Below are positions 1-8,984 of a DNA stretch of 32,000 bases, in pieces. The stretch comes from Horticoccus luteus. GTDB taxonomy: Bacteria; Verrucomicrobiota; Verrucomicrobiia; Opitutales; Opitutaceae. The position numbers and the translations under genes were made by a program. The stretch covers positions 3,330,001-3,362,000 of the forward strand of contig NZ_CP080507.1 in the NCBI RefSeq assembly GCF_019464535.1. Direction: 5' to 3'. The notes below the pieces were generated by a model. The model ran no database searches and was not told the origin of the DNA. It worked only from the letters and a program-made list of their open reading frames with translations. Numbering within the stretch: the first letter of the stretch is position 1; each line of letters begins with the position of its first letter.

Positions 1-204
1 AAGCCACCAAAATTTCCAGGAGCGTGAACGCCGAACGTGAGCGGGAGGTTTTTTTGCGAGCAAACATTGCGTGAGCGAAAGCCATGGGAAGAAAGCGTAA
101 AACAGGAAACGGTAAAGGGAGCGAAAAAGGATGCAATCCGCAATCCCCCCGCGGAGACGCGCGGCCGTGCGCCGGGTTACTGCGCGTGGCGGGTTTGAAC
201 AAGA

Positions 205-230
205 ACGGCGGAGGCTTTCGCCTCCGCCGT
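205..230. terminator. Perfect GC-rich hairpin, candidate intrinsic terminator (better on the minus strand)
   Basis: ACGGCGGAGGC-TTTC-GCCTCCGCCGT forms an 11-bp perfect stem. On the minus strand it is followed by TTCTTGTTCAAA. On the plus strand the trailing sequence is not T-rich. Confidence 0.4.
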
Positions 231-376
231 CTTCACCTGTATCAGACACCACCACGTCAGCTGCAATGGCCATGGTGGAAACGTTTTGGCGGGAAAACTC
301 CGCCGACCGCATCGGGGATTTACCTATGCATGTAGGCCCGCCCTCGTCAAGACGAAGGCCGTCTACTGCGTCTGGT

Positions 377-452
377 TGGCGCCCCCGCCCGGACTTGAAC
401 CGGGATGCGCGGTTTAGGAAACCACTGCTCTATCCAGTTGAGCTACGGGGAC
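377..452 (-). tRNA. tRNA-Arg (anticodon CCT)
   Basis: The reverse complement reads GTCCCCGTAGCTCAACTGGATAGAGCAGTGGTTTCCTAAACCGCGCATCCCGGTTCAAGTCCGGGCGGGGGCGCCA. It has a 7-bp acceptor stem, a GCTC/GAGC D stem, anticodon loop TTCCTAA, a CCCGG/CCGGG T stem with a TTCAAGT loop, and an encoded CCA. Confidence 0.9.
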
Positions 453-631
453 GTAGGTCACAAATGACGGCAATATCCCTTGCCTGACCCCTTCGAACTC
501 ATTGCGAAGATAGGCGCCCATTACAACCAACATTTCCCGCGGACGCCTTCGTAAGAGCGAGACCCTTGGCCCACCCCGCTCGCTATCACGCGGTCGCACG
601 CTACTTCCGCGACGCGCGACGGTTCTCTTGC

Positions 632-2662
632 TCACAGTGCCGCTAAACGGAGCAGCCCCCACAGCAGGCCGACGATGGCGAACGTCACCGCGCAACAAAG
701 CGCAAATCCCACCGCGTCAGTGCGATTCCATTTGGTGAATTCCCACGTCGAGGACGGAAACAACTTCGCCTTGTCGAAACGATGGGGCGCGTGCCGCGTC
801 GCTTCAATTTCCGCGAGGTCGATCGCCGGCGTGGCGCCGACGGGCGTTTTCATTTTACCGAAGAAAAGATCCACTCGCCTCTGGTCTGGTCGCCTCGTCA
901 CAAAACTCGCCACCACCACCAAAAACAACGGCAGGAGCGCATCGACAAAAAACCGTCCCGCCAGTCGTCCTCCCGCCGCCAAATGCGCAGGGTCGATGCC
1001 CACGACTTTGAGCAACGCCAACTCCGTATGAAACCGCCCGTGGCCTTCCAATGCGCTGCCGAGATCGTTGGGATTCATTCGTTGCACCGATTCGAAGTAA
1101 ACCGGCAGCGGACGCCCGGAGCCGTCGGAAACGCGCGCCACAAACGTCGGATGCGTCGCGATGGCCGGCACTTTTTGCAGCGCGAGCGGGAGGAAAATAT
1201 TGAGCAGCGCCGCGCCGATGACTGCTGTCCAAACCGCGCCGGCGGTCACCCGCCGCCAGATAAACATTAAGAGAATCGCCGCGCCAAACGGCACGTTGAT
1301 CGTCATGGCGAATTGCAGCACGGTATAGACACTATTGAGCTGCGTGGCCACCAACACACCCAAGATCAGCACCACGACGATCGTCCACCGCCCCGCCCGC
1401 ACGATTGCGGCCTCCGAAGCGTGCGGCCGGACAACGCCGAATAAATTGCGGGCGAACAGCGCGGACACGAACATCGCTTGCGCGGCGATCGTCGACATGT
1501 TCGCTGCCAGCACGCCCGCGAACATCAGGCCGACCAACCCGGGCCCGAGCAGTTGTCGCGACATCGCGCCCCAAACCAGATCCGGGTCCGCGAGACGATG
1601 GGGGCCGGAGAACATCGCGATGGCGATCAATCCGCAAAATGCCCACAGCACCGTCATGAAGCGCTTCCCATAATTTCCCGCGGCGGCGCCAAACCGCGCG
1701 GCGAACTCGTTGCGCGCAGAACCGGCCAGCCCCATGTTACCCACGCCCGCATGCGTCTGTAACAACGTCGCCAGCAAAACCGCGACAATCGTCCAGCCCG
1801 TAAATTCCGCCGTGCCGCCGGTCGCGAAGAGCTCGAACATTTCCGGCGCCACTTTGGCTCCAAGTTGGTGCCAGCCGCCGATGGCGGACAGGCCCGCCGG
1901 AATGAGGATCGCGGAAAACACGACGATCAGCACCCCCTGAAACACCTCCGTCAACGCCGTCGAGGCCATGCCGCCCATGATGATATAAAACCCGATCGCG
2001 ACTGTATAAAACGCGTAGAACATCCATGGATTGAGCGCACTGATATAGCTCTTGAGCTCCCCCCGCGCATAACGCTCGCGCAAGATAGCCCGCCGCTCCT
2101 GATCGGCAGGCGCCAACGCAGCGTGGTCCGGCCGCGTCTCAAGGTCGTTCAACGCGCGATATTCCTGCACCGCGGTTCGTTCCGGCACGGTCCAGGTTGC
2201 TTCGGGTTTCGTGACCAAGGCGGAAGCAATCTTGAACGAGACCAGATTGCTGAACCCCATCGTGACCGCGACGGCCATGACGATTTGAAAAGTTGCGTAG
2301 AACAGCGCCAACCTCCGGCTGCCAAGACGATCTTCAAACAGGTCCGCCGTCGTCGTAAGCCGCACCCGCCGAAACCACGGATACATGAACCAGTAATACG
2401 GGTTCAGAAATATCATCTGTAAACTCACCCACACGCCCGAGGCGCCCTGCTGATAGATCACGCTGGACGTGCTGACCGAGTCGCTCGCCGACGTGCCGTT
2501 GCCGAAATTCAGGAAAAACTGATAGACCTTGCCTAACTTTCTCCCGGCCAGAAAAAAACTTTCGCCGGAATGCACACCTTTCGACGCGATCTTCCCAAGA
2601 ACGATAATGATGGCGAAGTAAGCGCCAACGACCAAGTAATCGAGAAAGTGGAGACCAGCCAT
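632..2662 (-). CDS. Sodium:solute symporter (SSF) family transporter, substrate unknown
   Basis: 676-aa ORF with an ATG start and hydrophobic helices along its whole length. The N-terminus LDYLVVGAYFAIIIVLG and the overall architecture look like SSF permeases. The overlapping ORFs in other frames are Arg/Pro-rich GC artefacts. Confidence 0.8.
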   Translation of the reverse strand: MAGLHFLDYLVVGAYFAIIIVLGKIASKGVHSGESFFLAGRKLGKVYQFFLNFGNGTSASDSVSTSSVIYQQGASGVWVSLQMIFLNPYYWFMYPWFRRVRLTTTADLFEDRLGSRRLALFYATFQIVMAVAVTMGFSNLVSFKIASALVTKPEATWTVPERTAVQEYRALNDLETRPDHAALAPADQERRAILRERYARGELKSYISALNPWMFYAFYTVAIGFYIIMGGMASTALTEVFQGVLIVVFSAILIPAGLSAIGGWHQLGAKVAPEMFELFATGGTAEFTGWTIVAVLLATLLQTHAGVGNMGLAGSARNEFAARFGAAAGNYGKRFMTVLWAFCGLIAIAMFSGPHRLADPDLVWGAMSRQLLGPGLVGLMFAGVLAANMSTIAAQAMFVSALFARNLFGVVRPHASEAAIVRAGRWTIVVVLILGVLVATQLNSVYTVLQFAMTINVPFGAAILLMFIWRRVTAGAVWTAVIGAALLNIFLPLALQKVPAIATHPTFVARVSDGSGRPLPVYFESVQRMNPNDLGSALEGHGRFHTELALLKVVGIDPAHLAAGGRLAGRFFVDALLPLFLVVVASFVTRRPDQRRVDLFFGKMKTPVGATPAIDLAEIEATRHAPHRFDKAKLFPSSTWEFTKWNRTDAVGFALCCAVTFAIVGLLWGLLRLAAL

Positions 2663-3048
2663 CGTAGGAATGCGGAAGCGAGTCAGGTCACGTTAACGGC
2701 TGCGCTTGGCGGAGGCAGGGGCGACGTCCGATGCTGCCAAGTTGCGCGGCGGAAGATCAGCGGATCTACGGACGACAGCGGAGATGTCGAGTTCTCGCGG
2801 CGAACCATGGGCAGGCGCAGGGGAAGTCGCGGCGAGGATTCGCATTCGGCGAGGCTTTGGGGTCCCAAACTCGTGGCAACTCGTTTTGCCCAGCGGTTTC
2901 CACGGGGTGATGCAATCTGCTTGGCTGCTGTGGCGAAGGCGGCTTGCCCAGCGGGGCGCGCCGCGGAATTTGCCTCGTGCCGAGAAATCCGAACTTCCGT
3001 CTTGATTCAACCCAGCACGGTCGGCACGTTTCCCGCTCCACGTAATGT

Positions 3049-3125
<77 letters not shown>

Positions 3126-3155
3126 TTTTACGCCGGCTTTCTTCGCTGAACGCGT

Positions 3156-4007
3156 TCACGGGAAAAAGGGGTTATAACGCAGCTCGTTTTCGGCGGTCGT
3201 CAACGGTCCGTGTCCGGGCGCAATGACGACCTCGGGCGGCACCATTTTCATTAACCGCCGGGCGCTATCCCTCAGCGTCTTCCAACAGAAGTAGCCGCCG
3301 CCCAGTGAGCCGGCGAAAAGCAAATCGCCGCAGATGAGCAATTTCTGGCCGGTTTTCACCTGGCTAGCTTCCACCAGATAGGCGAAATGCGCCTTGGCGT
3401 GCCCAGGCGTGCTAATCACGGTGACCGTGATGCCGCCATGCGTCCATTGATCGCCTTCTTTCAACACGGCGTTGGTGCGCACGGTCACGCTCTCCGGGGA
3501 AAATACGTGCTGCACGGCGTAATGTCCCAACAACTCGACAAGGCCGCCAACGTGTTCGGCTTCCACGTGGGTGAGAAACACGGCTTCCACCCGCTGGACG
3601 TTGCTCGGCCAAACTTGCTGAATGCGCGGCAGGTCCGGGCCGGTGTCGAAAAGTATCCCAGTGTTCGCTCCGGGCTCGGCGATTAAATACGCATTCGCAC
3701 AGCCAATTCCGTGCGGCACAGAAAGCCTGTGCAGGCAAAATGGCAGCGGACCGGGCGCCGGCAACGGGTAGGCGCCCTGTGCCAGCATCGCGAGGCCGAG
3801 CTCGTTCAAATGCAGCACGGCGGCGAGGCGCGTCAGATCCTGCGCCGACAACTCGCTGCGATAATCGAGCGCATCGCGCAGTTTTCCTTCGGGCACCGCG
3901 GCCGCCGCGGCGGCTTGTTCGATCGTCAAATCTGCGAAATGCAGCGCCTTCTCGAGCACGTCGCCGAGCTCGTCTTCGAGCGGGGGCGGAGTGGCGAACG
4001 GCGACAT
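3156..4007 (-). CDS. MBL-fold (metallo-beta-lactamase superfamily) hydrolase with an N-terminal HTH-like segment
   Basis: 283 aa. The C-terminal ~200 aa carry the MBL landmarks THVEAEHVGG (in the HxHxDH position), TPGHAKAH, CGDLLFAGSLGG and APGHGP. The N-terminal ~75 aa (LTIEQAAAAAAVPEGKLRDALDYRSELSAQDLTRLAAVLHL) resemble an XRE-type helix-turn-helix. Confidence 0.7.
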   Translation of the reverse strand: MSPFATPPPLEDELGDVLEKALHFADLTIEQAAAAAAVPEGKLRDALDYRSELSAQDLTRLAAVLHLNELGLAMLAQGAYPLPAPGPLPFCLHRLSVPHGIGCANAYLIAEPGANTGILFDTGPDLPRIQQVWPSNVQRVEAVFLTHVEAEHVGGLVELLGHYAVQHVFSPESVTVRTNAVLKEGDQWTHGGITVTVISTPGHAKAHFAYLVEASQVKTGQKLLICGDLLFAGSLGGGYFCWKTLRDSARRLMKMVPPEVVIAPGHGPLTTAENELRYNPFFP

Positions 4008-4085
4008 GCGGCGATCCTACGACGTGGCGCCCCGCCGAAGCAAAATTGATTTTCCTTTTCCGGCCCGGTTACCAGCGTCAGCGCC

Positions 4086-4655
4086 ATGGATTCACTCCAG
4101 CAGGAGGTCTTGGATATTTTCACCCGCACGAGAGCGTTGCTGCGCGGACATTTCGTGCTGCGCTCGGGTTTGCACAGCGGACATTTTTTCCAGTGCGCCC
4201 AAGTCTGCCAGCACATGGATGCGGTTGAGCGCCTGACTGAACTGCTCGTGGGCAAGCTCGCCGGCTTGGAGTTCAGCACGGTCCTCGCTCCGGCGATGGG
4301 CGGTCTCGTGCTCGGACAGGAGGTCGCTCGCCAGACGCGGCGGAGATATATTTTCGCCGAGAAGGAAAACAACGTCCTGGTGCTGCGCCGCGGTTTCACT
4401 TTCGCGCCGGGTGAACGCGTGCTGATCGTCGAGGATGTGGTGACGCGAGGCGGTCGCGTGCTCGAATGCCTCGACATCGTGCGGCGGATGGGCGCCGTGC
4501 CGGCCGGAGTCGCCATGCTGGTCGATCGCAGCGGCGGTGCGTTGCGCCTCGATGTCCCCGCGGTCTCGCTGTTGGAATTAAGCTTCCCCACCTACCCTGC
4601 TGACGCGCTTCCACCCGAGCTGGCGGGCATCCCGGTCGAAAAACCCGGGAGTTGA
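4086..4655 (+). CDS. pyrE: Orotate phosphoribosyltransferase
   Basis: 189 aa. The N-terminus LLRGHFVLRSGLHSGHFFQCAQV and the PRPP-binding loop VLIVEDVVTRGG match the short PyrE type, as in Thermus PyrE. Confidence 0.9.
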   Translation: MDSLQQEVLDIFTRTRALLRGHFVLRSGLHSGHFFQCAQVCQHMDAVERLTELLVGKLAGLEFSTVLAPAMGGLVLGQEVARQTRRRYIFAEKENNVLVLRRGFTFAPGERVLIVEDVVTRGGRVLECLDIVRRMGAVPAGVAMLVDRSGGALRLDVPAVSLLELSFPTYPADALPPELAGIPVEKPGS

Positions 4656-4671
4656 GCCGCACGGATCGGCG

Positions 4672-6090
4672 TTATTTCACCGCCACGGTGACATAACGAA
4701 ACACTCCGCGGAAATAGACGAGGAACAGATTACGGCCCGGGCGAAGGGCCGCTCGGGCAGAGGCCGGATCGTTGATCGCAGTGCGGTTGATCTCCACGAT
4801 GACCACGCCTTCGACCAACCGATCACGGTAGTCGGAATCGGGTGCGATGTTTGTGATGAGCACGCCGCCAATGCGCGGGTTCAACCCGAGCGAGCGTCGC
4901 ACGTCGTCACTCACCGCCGCCACTTTAACGCCGGCGAGCAATTCGTCGGGTTGGTCGTCCAAGATGCCTACGGTCGCATTCAACACATGCTCGACGCCGT
5001 CGCGCATAACTTTGATCTGCACCGGCGCGCCCGGGCGTAGTTGCGCAACGTAAAGGCGCATCTCTTCGACGGAGGTCACCTTGCGATCGTTAATGCCGAC
5101 GATCACGTCCGCCCGTTTGACACCGGCCTTCTGAGCCGGACCGCCCGGCGCGAGATCGGTGACGGCGAGGCCGCGCACATCCTTGGGCAACTTGAACGCT
5201 TCCGCGTTTTCCGGCCCGACAAGCTCAGTGGTCACGCCCAGATTTCCGCGGGTGACTTTTCCCGTTTCGATCAGCGAGGTCATGATCGAAGCCGCTAGAT
5301 TCACGGGAATCGCAAAACCGATGCCGATGTTCGTGTGCGTATTGGAAAAAATCGCGCTGTTAATGCCGATCAAGCGCCCCTTGGCGTCGATCAACGCCCC
5401 TCCGGAATTGCCCGGGTTGATCGCTGCGTCCGTTTGAATGAAGCTCTCGTAGCCGGCGACGTCTTGCAGCAACCCAAGTTTGGTTCGGCCCTTGGCCGAG
5501 ATGATCCCCATCGTCACCGTCTGGCCGACGTCGAGCGGGTTACCGACGGCGAAGACGATGTCGCCGACCCGAAGTTTATCGCTATCGGCCAACGTGACGA
5601 AGGGCAGATCGGCCACGTCGATTTTTATCACCGCAATATCCGTCTTGGGATCGGTGCCGATGACCTTGGCGATAAACTCCCGTCCGTCCGGGAGGAGCAC
5701 CTTGAGTTCGTCCGCGTCAGCCACGACGTGGTTGTTGGTTAAAATATACCCGCCGGCGGACACAATCACGCCTGAGCCCAACCCCTCTTGCTTCGATTCG
5801 CGTTCCGGAACGGCCCCGCCAAAAAACTGCCGGAGAATCGGCGCCATCGGCACTTCCTCGCGGACGATCTTCGTCGAATAGACCGACACCACAGCGCGCT
5901 GCACCGGCTCCACGATATCGGCGTAACTCGTGACCAGCGCCGATTGACCTTCACCGACAGGCGAACGGTCGATCTTGAGCGCCGGCATCGGGTGTGAAAC
6001 ACCCGGCGAAGCTGCGCCGGCGGCCCCGATGCCGGTGGCCGGAACCAAGAGAGCCGACAGGGCGAAAATGAGCGGACGCAACATAGGCAA
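4672..6090 (-). CDS. htrA: Periplasmic Do/HtrA/DegP-family serine endoprotease with two PDZ domains
   Basis: 472 aa with an N-terminal signal peptide. The catalytic motifs TNNHVV (His) and GNSGGAL (Ser) are present. The C-terminal ~200 aa have a PDZ-like character. Confidence 0.9.
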   Translation of the reverse strand: MPMLRPLIFALSALLVPATGIGAAGAASPGVSHPMPALKIDRSPVGEGQSALVTSYADIVEPVQRAVVSVYSTKIVREEVPMAPILRQFFGGAVPERESKQEGLGSGVIVSAGGYILTNNHVVADADELKVLLPDGREFIAKVIGTDPKTDIAVIKIDVADLPFVTLADSDKLRVGDIVFAVGNPLDVGQTVTMGIISAKGRTKLGLLQDVAGYESFIQTDAAINPGNSGGALIDAKGRLIGINSAIFSNTHTNIGIGFAIPVNLAASIMTSLIETGKVTRGNLGVTTELVGPENAEAFKLPKDVRGLAVTDLAPGGPAQKAGVKRADVIVGINDRKVTSVEEMRLYVAQLRPGAPVQIKVMRDGVEHVLNATVGILDDQPDELLAGVKVAAVSDDVRRSLGLNPRIGGVLITNIAPDSDYRDRLVEGVVIVEINRTAINDPASARAALRPGRNLFLVYFRGVFRYVTVAVK

Positions 6091-6120
6091 AAAGATCGGA
6101 TCGGGAGCCCGCGCGGCGGA

Positions 6121-7068
6121 CTAGAATCCTTTGATCTGAAACAGACTTGTCACGCTCTCGTCGCGGTTGATCCGGCAAATCGCTTCGCCCAGCAGTCGCG
6201 CGATGCTCAGCACCGTAATGGGCAGACCTTTCGTATCGATCGGAGTCGAATCGGTCGTGATGAGTTCGTCGATCAGGCCGGCTTTGAGGCGTTCGATGGC
6301 CACTTCGTTCAGGATGCAGTGGCTCACCGCCGCACGGACGCTCCGCGCGCCGTGCTCGCGCAATATCCGCGCCGCCGCGGTCAGCGTGCCCGCGGTCTCC
6401 GTAATGTCGTCGACCAGCAACACGTCGCACCCATCCACTTCACCAACGACATTGATTGCCTCGACGGTGGTCGCACTCTTCCGCTTCTTGGCCACCATAC
6501 CCAAGCCCGCCCCGAGAACATCAGCGTAGGCGGCGGCCATCTTCATGCCGCCCACATCGGGCGAACAGACGACCAGATTCTCGCGCCGCACAGATTTAAG
6601 ATACTCGAAGAAAACCGGCGAAGCATACAGATGATCGACCGGAATATCGAAGAACCCTTGGATCTGCTGGCTGTGTAGATCCATCGTCAAAATCCGCGTC
6701 GCGCCCGCGGCCACGAGCAGGTTGGCGACGAGCTTTGCGGTGATCGGCACGCGCGGCTGATCCTTTCGATCCTGCCGGGCGTAGCCGTAAAACGGAATCA
6801 CCGCCGTGATGCGCTGAGCCGACGCCCGTCTCGCGGCATCGATCATGATCAGCAGCTCCATCAAGTGATGATTCGTTGGCGGGCAGGTCGACTGGATGAT
6901 GAACACGTCGCCGCCGCGGATGTTTTCGTTGATCTTAACAAACGACTCCCCGTCGGGAAAGCTCGTGACCGTCGCCTCTCCCAGCGGCTGCCCAATGCTT
7001 TGGCAGATCTGCTCAGCGAGAGATCGGTTGGAATTGCCGGCAAAAATCTTCAGCCGCGAGGCGCTCAT
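6121..7068 (-). CDS. prs: Ribose-phosphate pyrophosphokinase (PRPP synthetase)
   Basis: 315 aa with [25 protein letters not shown] and the PRPP loop [13 protein letters not shown]. The start codon overlaps the lpxD stop as ATGA (7065-7068). Confidence 0.95.
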   Translation of the reverse strand: MSASRLKIFAGNSNRSLAEQICQSIGQPLGEATVTSFPDGESFVKINENIRGGDVFIIQSTCPPTNHHLMELLIMIDAARRASAQRITAVIPFYGYARQDRKDQPRVPITAKLVANLLVAAGATRILTMDLHSQQIQGFFDIPVDHLYASPVFFEYLKSVRRENLVVCSPDVGGMKMAAAYADVLGAGLGMVAKKRKSATTVEAINVVGEVDGCDVLLVDDITETAGTLTAAARILREHGARSVRAAVSHCILNEVAIERLKAGLIDELITTDSTPIDTKGLPITVLSIARLLGEAICRINRDESVTSLFQIKGF

Positions 7069-8138
7069 TGCGCGGCATCTTGTCCGACCGGAGATGAGGA
7101 GGAAGACTTTTTTAAACCGACCTCGACCGCATCCATGCGCTTGAACAACTCGGGCAGGCGGGCGTGCAGCACTTCGAGCCGCCGCTCCAAAACATACGGC
7201 CGCGCCGGCGTGCCGTTGACGAAACTTCCCGGAGCCGTGTCCGTGCTGAGCCCCGTCTGCCCTCCCACCTTCGTGCCTTTGCCGAGCGTGATATGGCCAC
7301 CCACGCCCGCCTGCCCCCCTAGCACGACGTAGTCCTCAATCGTCGTGCTGCCGGAGATCCCCACCTGCGCGCACAGGATGCAGTGTTTGCCGATGATCAC
7401 CCCGTGAGCGACCTGCACGAGGTTATCGACCTTCGTCCCCTCGCCTACGATCGTGCTGCCGATGCGCGCCCGATCGATCGTGCTGTTGGCTCCGATCTCG
7501 ACGTCGTCGCCGAGCACCACGTTGCCGATCTGCGGCACCTTCTCGTGCCGGCCCTGCACAAATTCGTAGCCAAAACCATCCGATCCGATCACCACGCCGG
7601 GCTGGAGACGCACGCGATCGCCGATTTGGCATTCCGCGGTGACCACGACACCCGGCATCAGCCAACACTGAGCGCCGATCTTGGCTCCTCGACCAATGTG
7701 AACGCCTGACTGCACCTGCGTCCCCGCACCAATTTTGGCGTCAGCCTCCACCACGCACAGCGGTCCGATCGTCGCCGTTTCATCCACTTGCGCGGTCTCC
7801 GCGACAAACGCCGAGGGATGCACGCCTGAGGGTGGTTTTGGCCACAAGAGTTGCTCGATCCGTGCGCAAATCCGCGAGAGCGCGAGCGATGGGTTTTCCA
7901 CCAGCAACAGACTCTGCTCACCTTTCGGATCGCCGGCATAATCGGCCGGGACCAGCAAAATGGACGCCTGCGAGGCCGCCGCGTCCGCCTTGTATTTCGC
8001 GCTCCCAAGAAACGAAAGGTCACCTGACCGGGCTGATTTCAACGAGGCAATCCCCCGAATCGTCGCCGTCGTGGCACCGCGGGTGGCGCTCGGCTTCACG
8101 ATGGCCATAATTTCCTCGGGGCTGAAAGATACGAGCAT
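7065..8138 (-). CDS. lpxD: UDP-3-O-acylglucosamine N-acyltransferase
   Basis: An N-terminal LpxD-type domain ([11 protein letters not shown]) is followed by a long run of hexapeptide (left-handed beta-helix) repeats and a C-terminal helix. The ORF is open to 8180, but the skp terminator abuts that position. I therefore prefer the ATG at 8138; the ATG at 8108 is also possible. Confidence 0.85.
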   Translation of the reverse strand: MLVSFSPEEIMAIVKPSATRGATTATIRGIASLKSARSGDLSFLGSAKYKADAAASQASILLVPADYAGDPKGEQSLLLVENPSLALSRICARIEQLLWPKPPSGVHPSAFVAETAQVDETATIGPLCVVEADAKIGAGTQVQSGVHIGRGAKIGAQCWLMPGVVVTAECQIGDRVRLQPGVVIGSDGFGYEFVQGRHEKVPQIGNVVLGDDVEIGANSTIDRARIGSTIVGEGTKVDNLVQVAHGVIIGKHCILCAQVGISGSTTIEDYVVLGGQAGVGGHITLGKGTKVGGQTGLSTDTAPGSFVNGTPARPYVLERRLEVLHARLPELFKRMDAVEVGLKKSSSSSPVGQDAAQ

Positions 8139-8180
8139 GCCGTTAGCGTGAAAAGATCCGGCGTCGCGGTGCAACCTCAC

Positions 8181-8210
8181 AAAAAAGCCCCGCTGGGTAA
8201 GAGCGGGGCT
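8181..8210 (-). terminator. Rho-independent terminator downstream of skp
   Basis: The minus strand reads AGCCCCGCT-cttaccc-AGCGGGGCT followed by TTTTTTGTG, a 9-bp perfect stem plus a U-tract. Confidence 0.75.
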
Positions 8211-8236
8211 GAACGATTAAAATCAGGGAAAAAGGA

Positions 8237-8947
8237 TTAGTTCTTTTTCGGCGTGACACCGGGGACCGTGATCTGCGGGCCGTCAGAAGACGGCGCGGAC
8301 GCCGCCGGAGGCGTGCTGGCCGCGGGCGCGGAGCCGGCAGCAGGTGCGCCGCTCGCGGCGGGGGCAGACGCCGGGCGGTCCTTGTTGATCTCCTTCATCA
8401 CGTCATCCGTGATCTCATAAGCGCTGTCGGCGTAGAGCACGGTGGGCACGCCGATCAGCGTCGGACCGGCCTTGTCGATCAACAAAGTGGCGCCGCGACG
8501 CTTCGCGACGTCGGTCGCGATCTTGCCGATTTCTTCGAGAATCACATTGCGGAAAGTCTGGAGGCGCTGTTGCAGCGAGCGCTGAATGTTGGCCTTGAAG
8601 CTGCCAACTTCGTTTTGCTTCTTCTGGATTTCCTCGAGCTTCTGTTGGGCTTCGCTTTGCGCCTTGCTCTTGGCTTCAGCCGTGGCGGTGGGATTGTTCG
8701 ATTGGTCGACCAGCTCCTTATATTCGCTGACGAGCGCGTTGCCCTCTTTGTTCAAGCGATCGAGCTCTTCCTGGGCCTTCTGTTCGTCGGCGCGGAGCTT
8801 CGCGTTTTGCTCCTCGGTTTTGTAGTGGCTGTCGTAAAGCTTGGCCATATCGACCACCGCGATCTTGAGCGCGGGTTGAGCACGCCCAACGCCGGCGGTT
8901 AACGCCAGAACGCCGAGCGCAATGAGAACGTGGAGGTATTTTTTCAT
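8237..8947 (-). CDS. skp: OmpH/Skp-family periplasmic chaperone
   Basis: The signal peptide is MKKYLHVLIALGVLALTAGVGRAQ. It is followed by a Lys/Glu/Gln-rich coiled-coil region, and the gene sits between bamA and lpxD as in the conserved cluster. The start is set at the MKKY ATG (8947) rather than the ORF-track 9001, which would overlap bamA. There is a C-terminal Ala/Pro/Ser-rich tail. Confidence 0.8.
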   Translation of the reverse strand: MKKYLHVLIALGVLALTAGVGRAQPALKIAVVDMAKLYDSHYKTEEQNAKLRADEQKAQEELDRLNKEGNALVSEYKELVDQSNNPTATAEAKSKAQSEAQQKLEEIQKKQNEVGSFKANIQRSLQQRLQTFRNVILEEIGKIATDVAKRRGATLLIDKAGPTLIGVPTVLYADSAYEITDDVMKEINKDRPASAPAASGAPAAGSAPAASTPPAASAPSSDGPQITVPGVTPKKN

Positions 8948-8984
8948 AGGAAGAAGTAAAAGAGAACGTGGCAGACAAGCGAAC

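Noticed and set aside
131-487. 118-aa ORF, plus the 414-698 ORF, spanning tRNA-Arg
   Set aside because: They overlap a well-formed tRNA and are Arg/Pro-rich, with no RBS or family resemblance.
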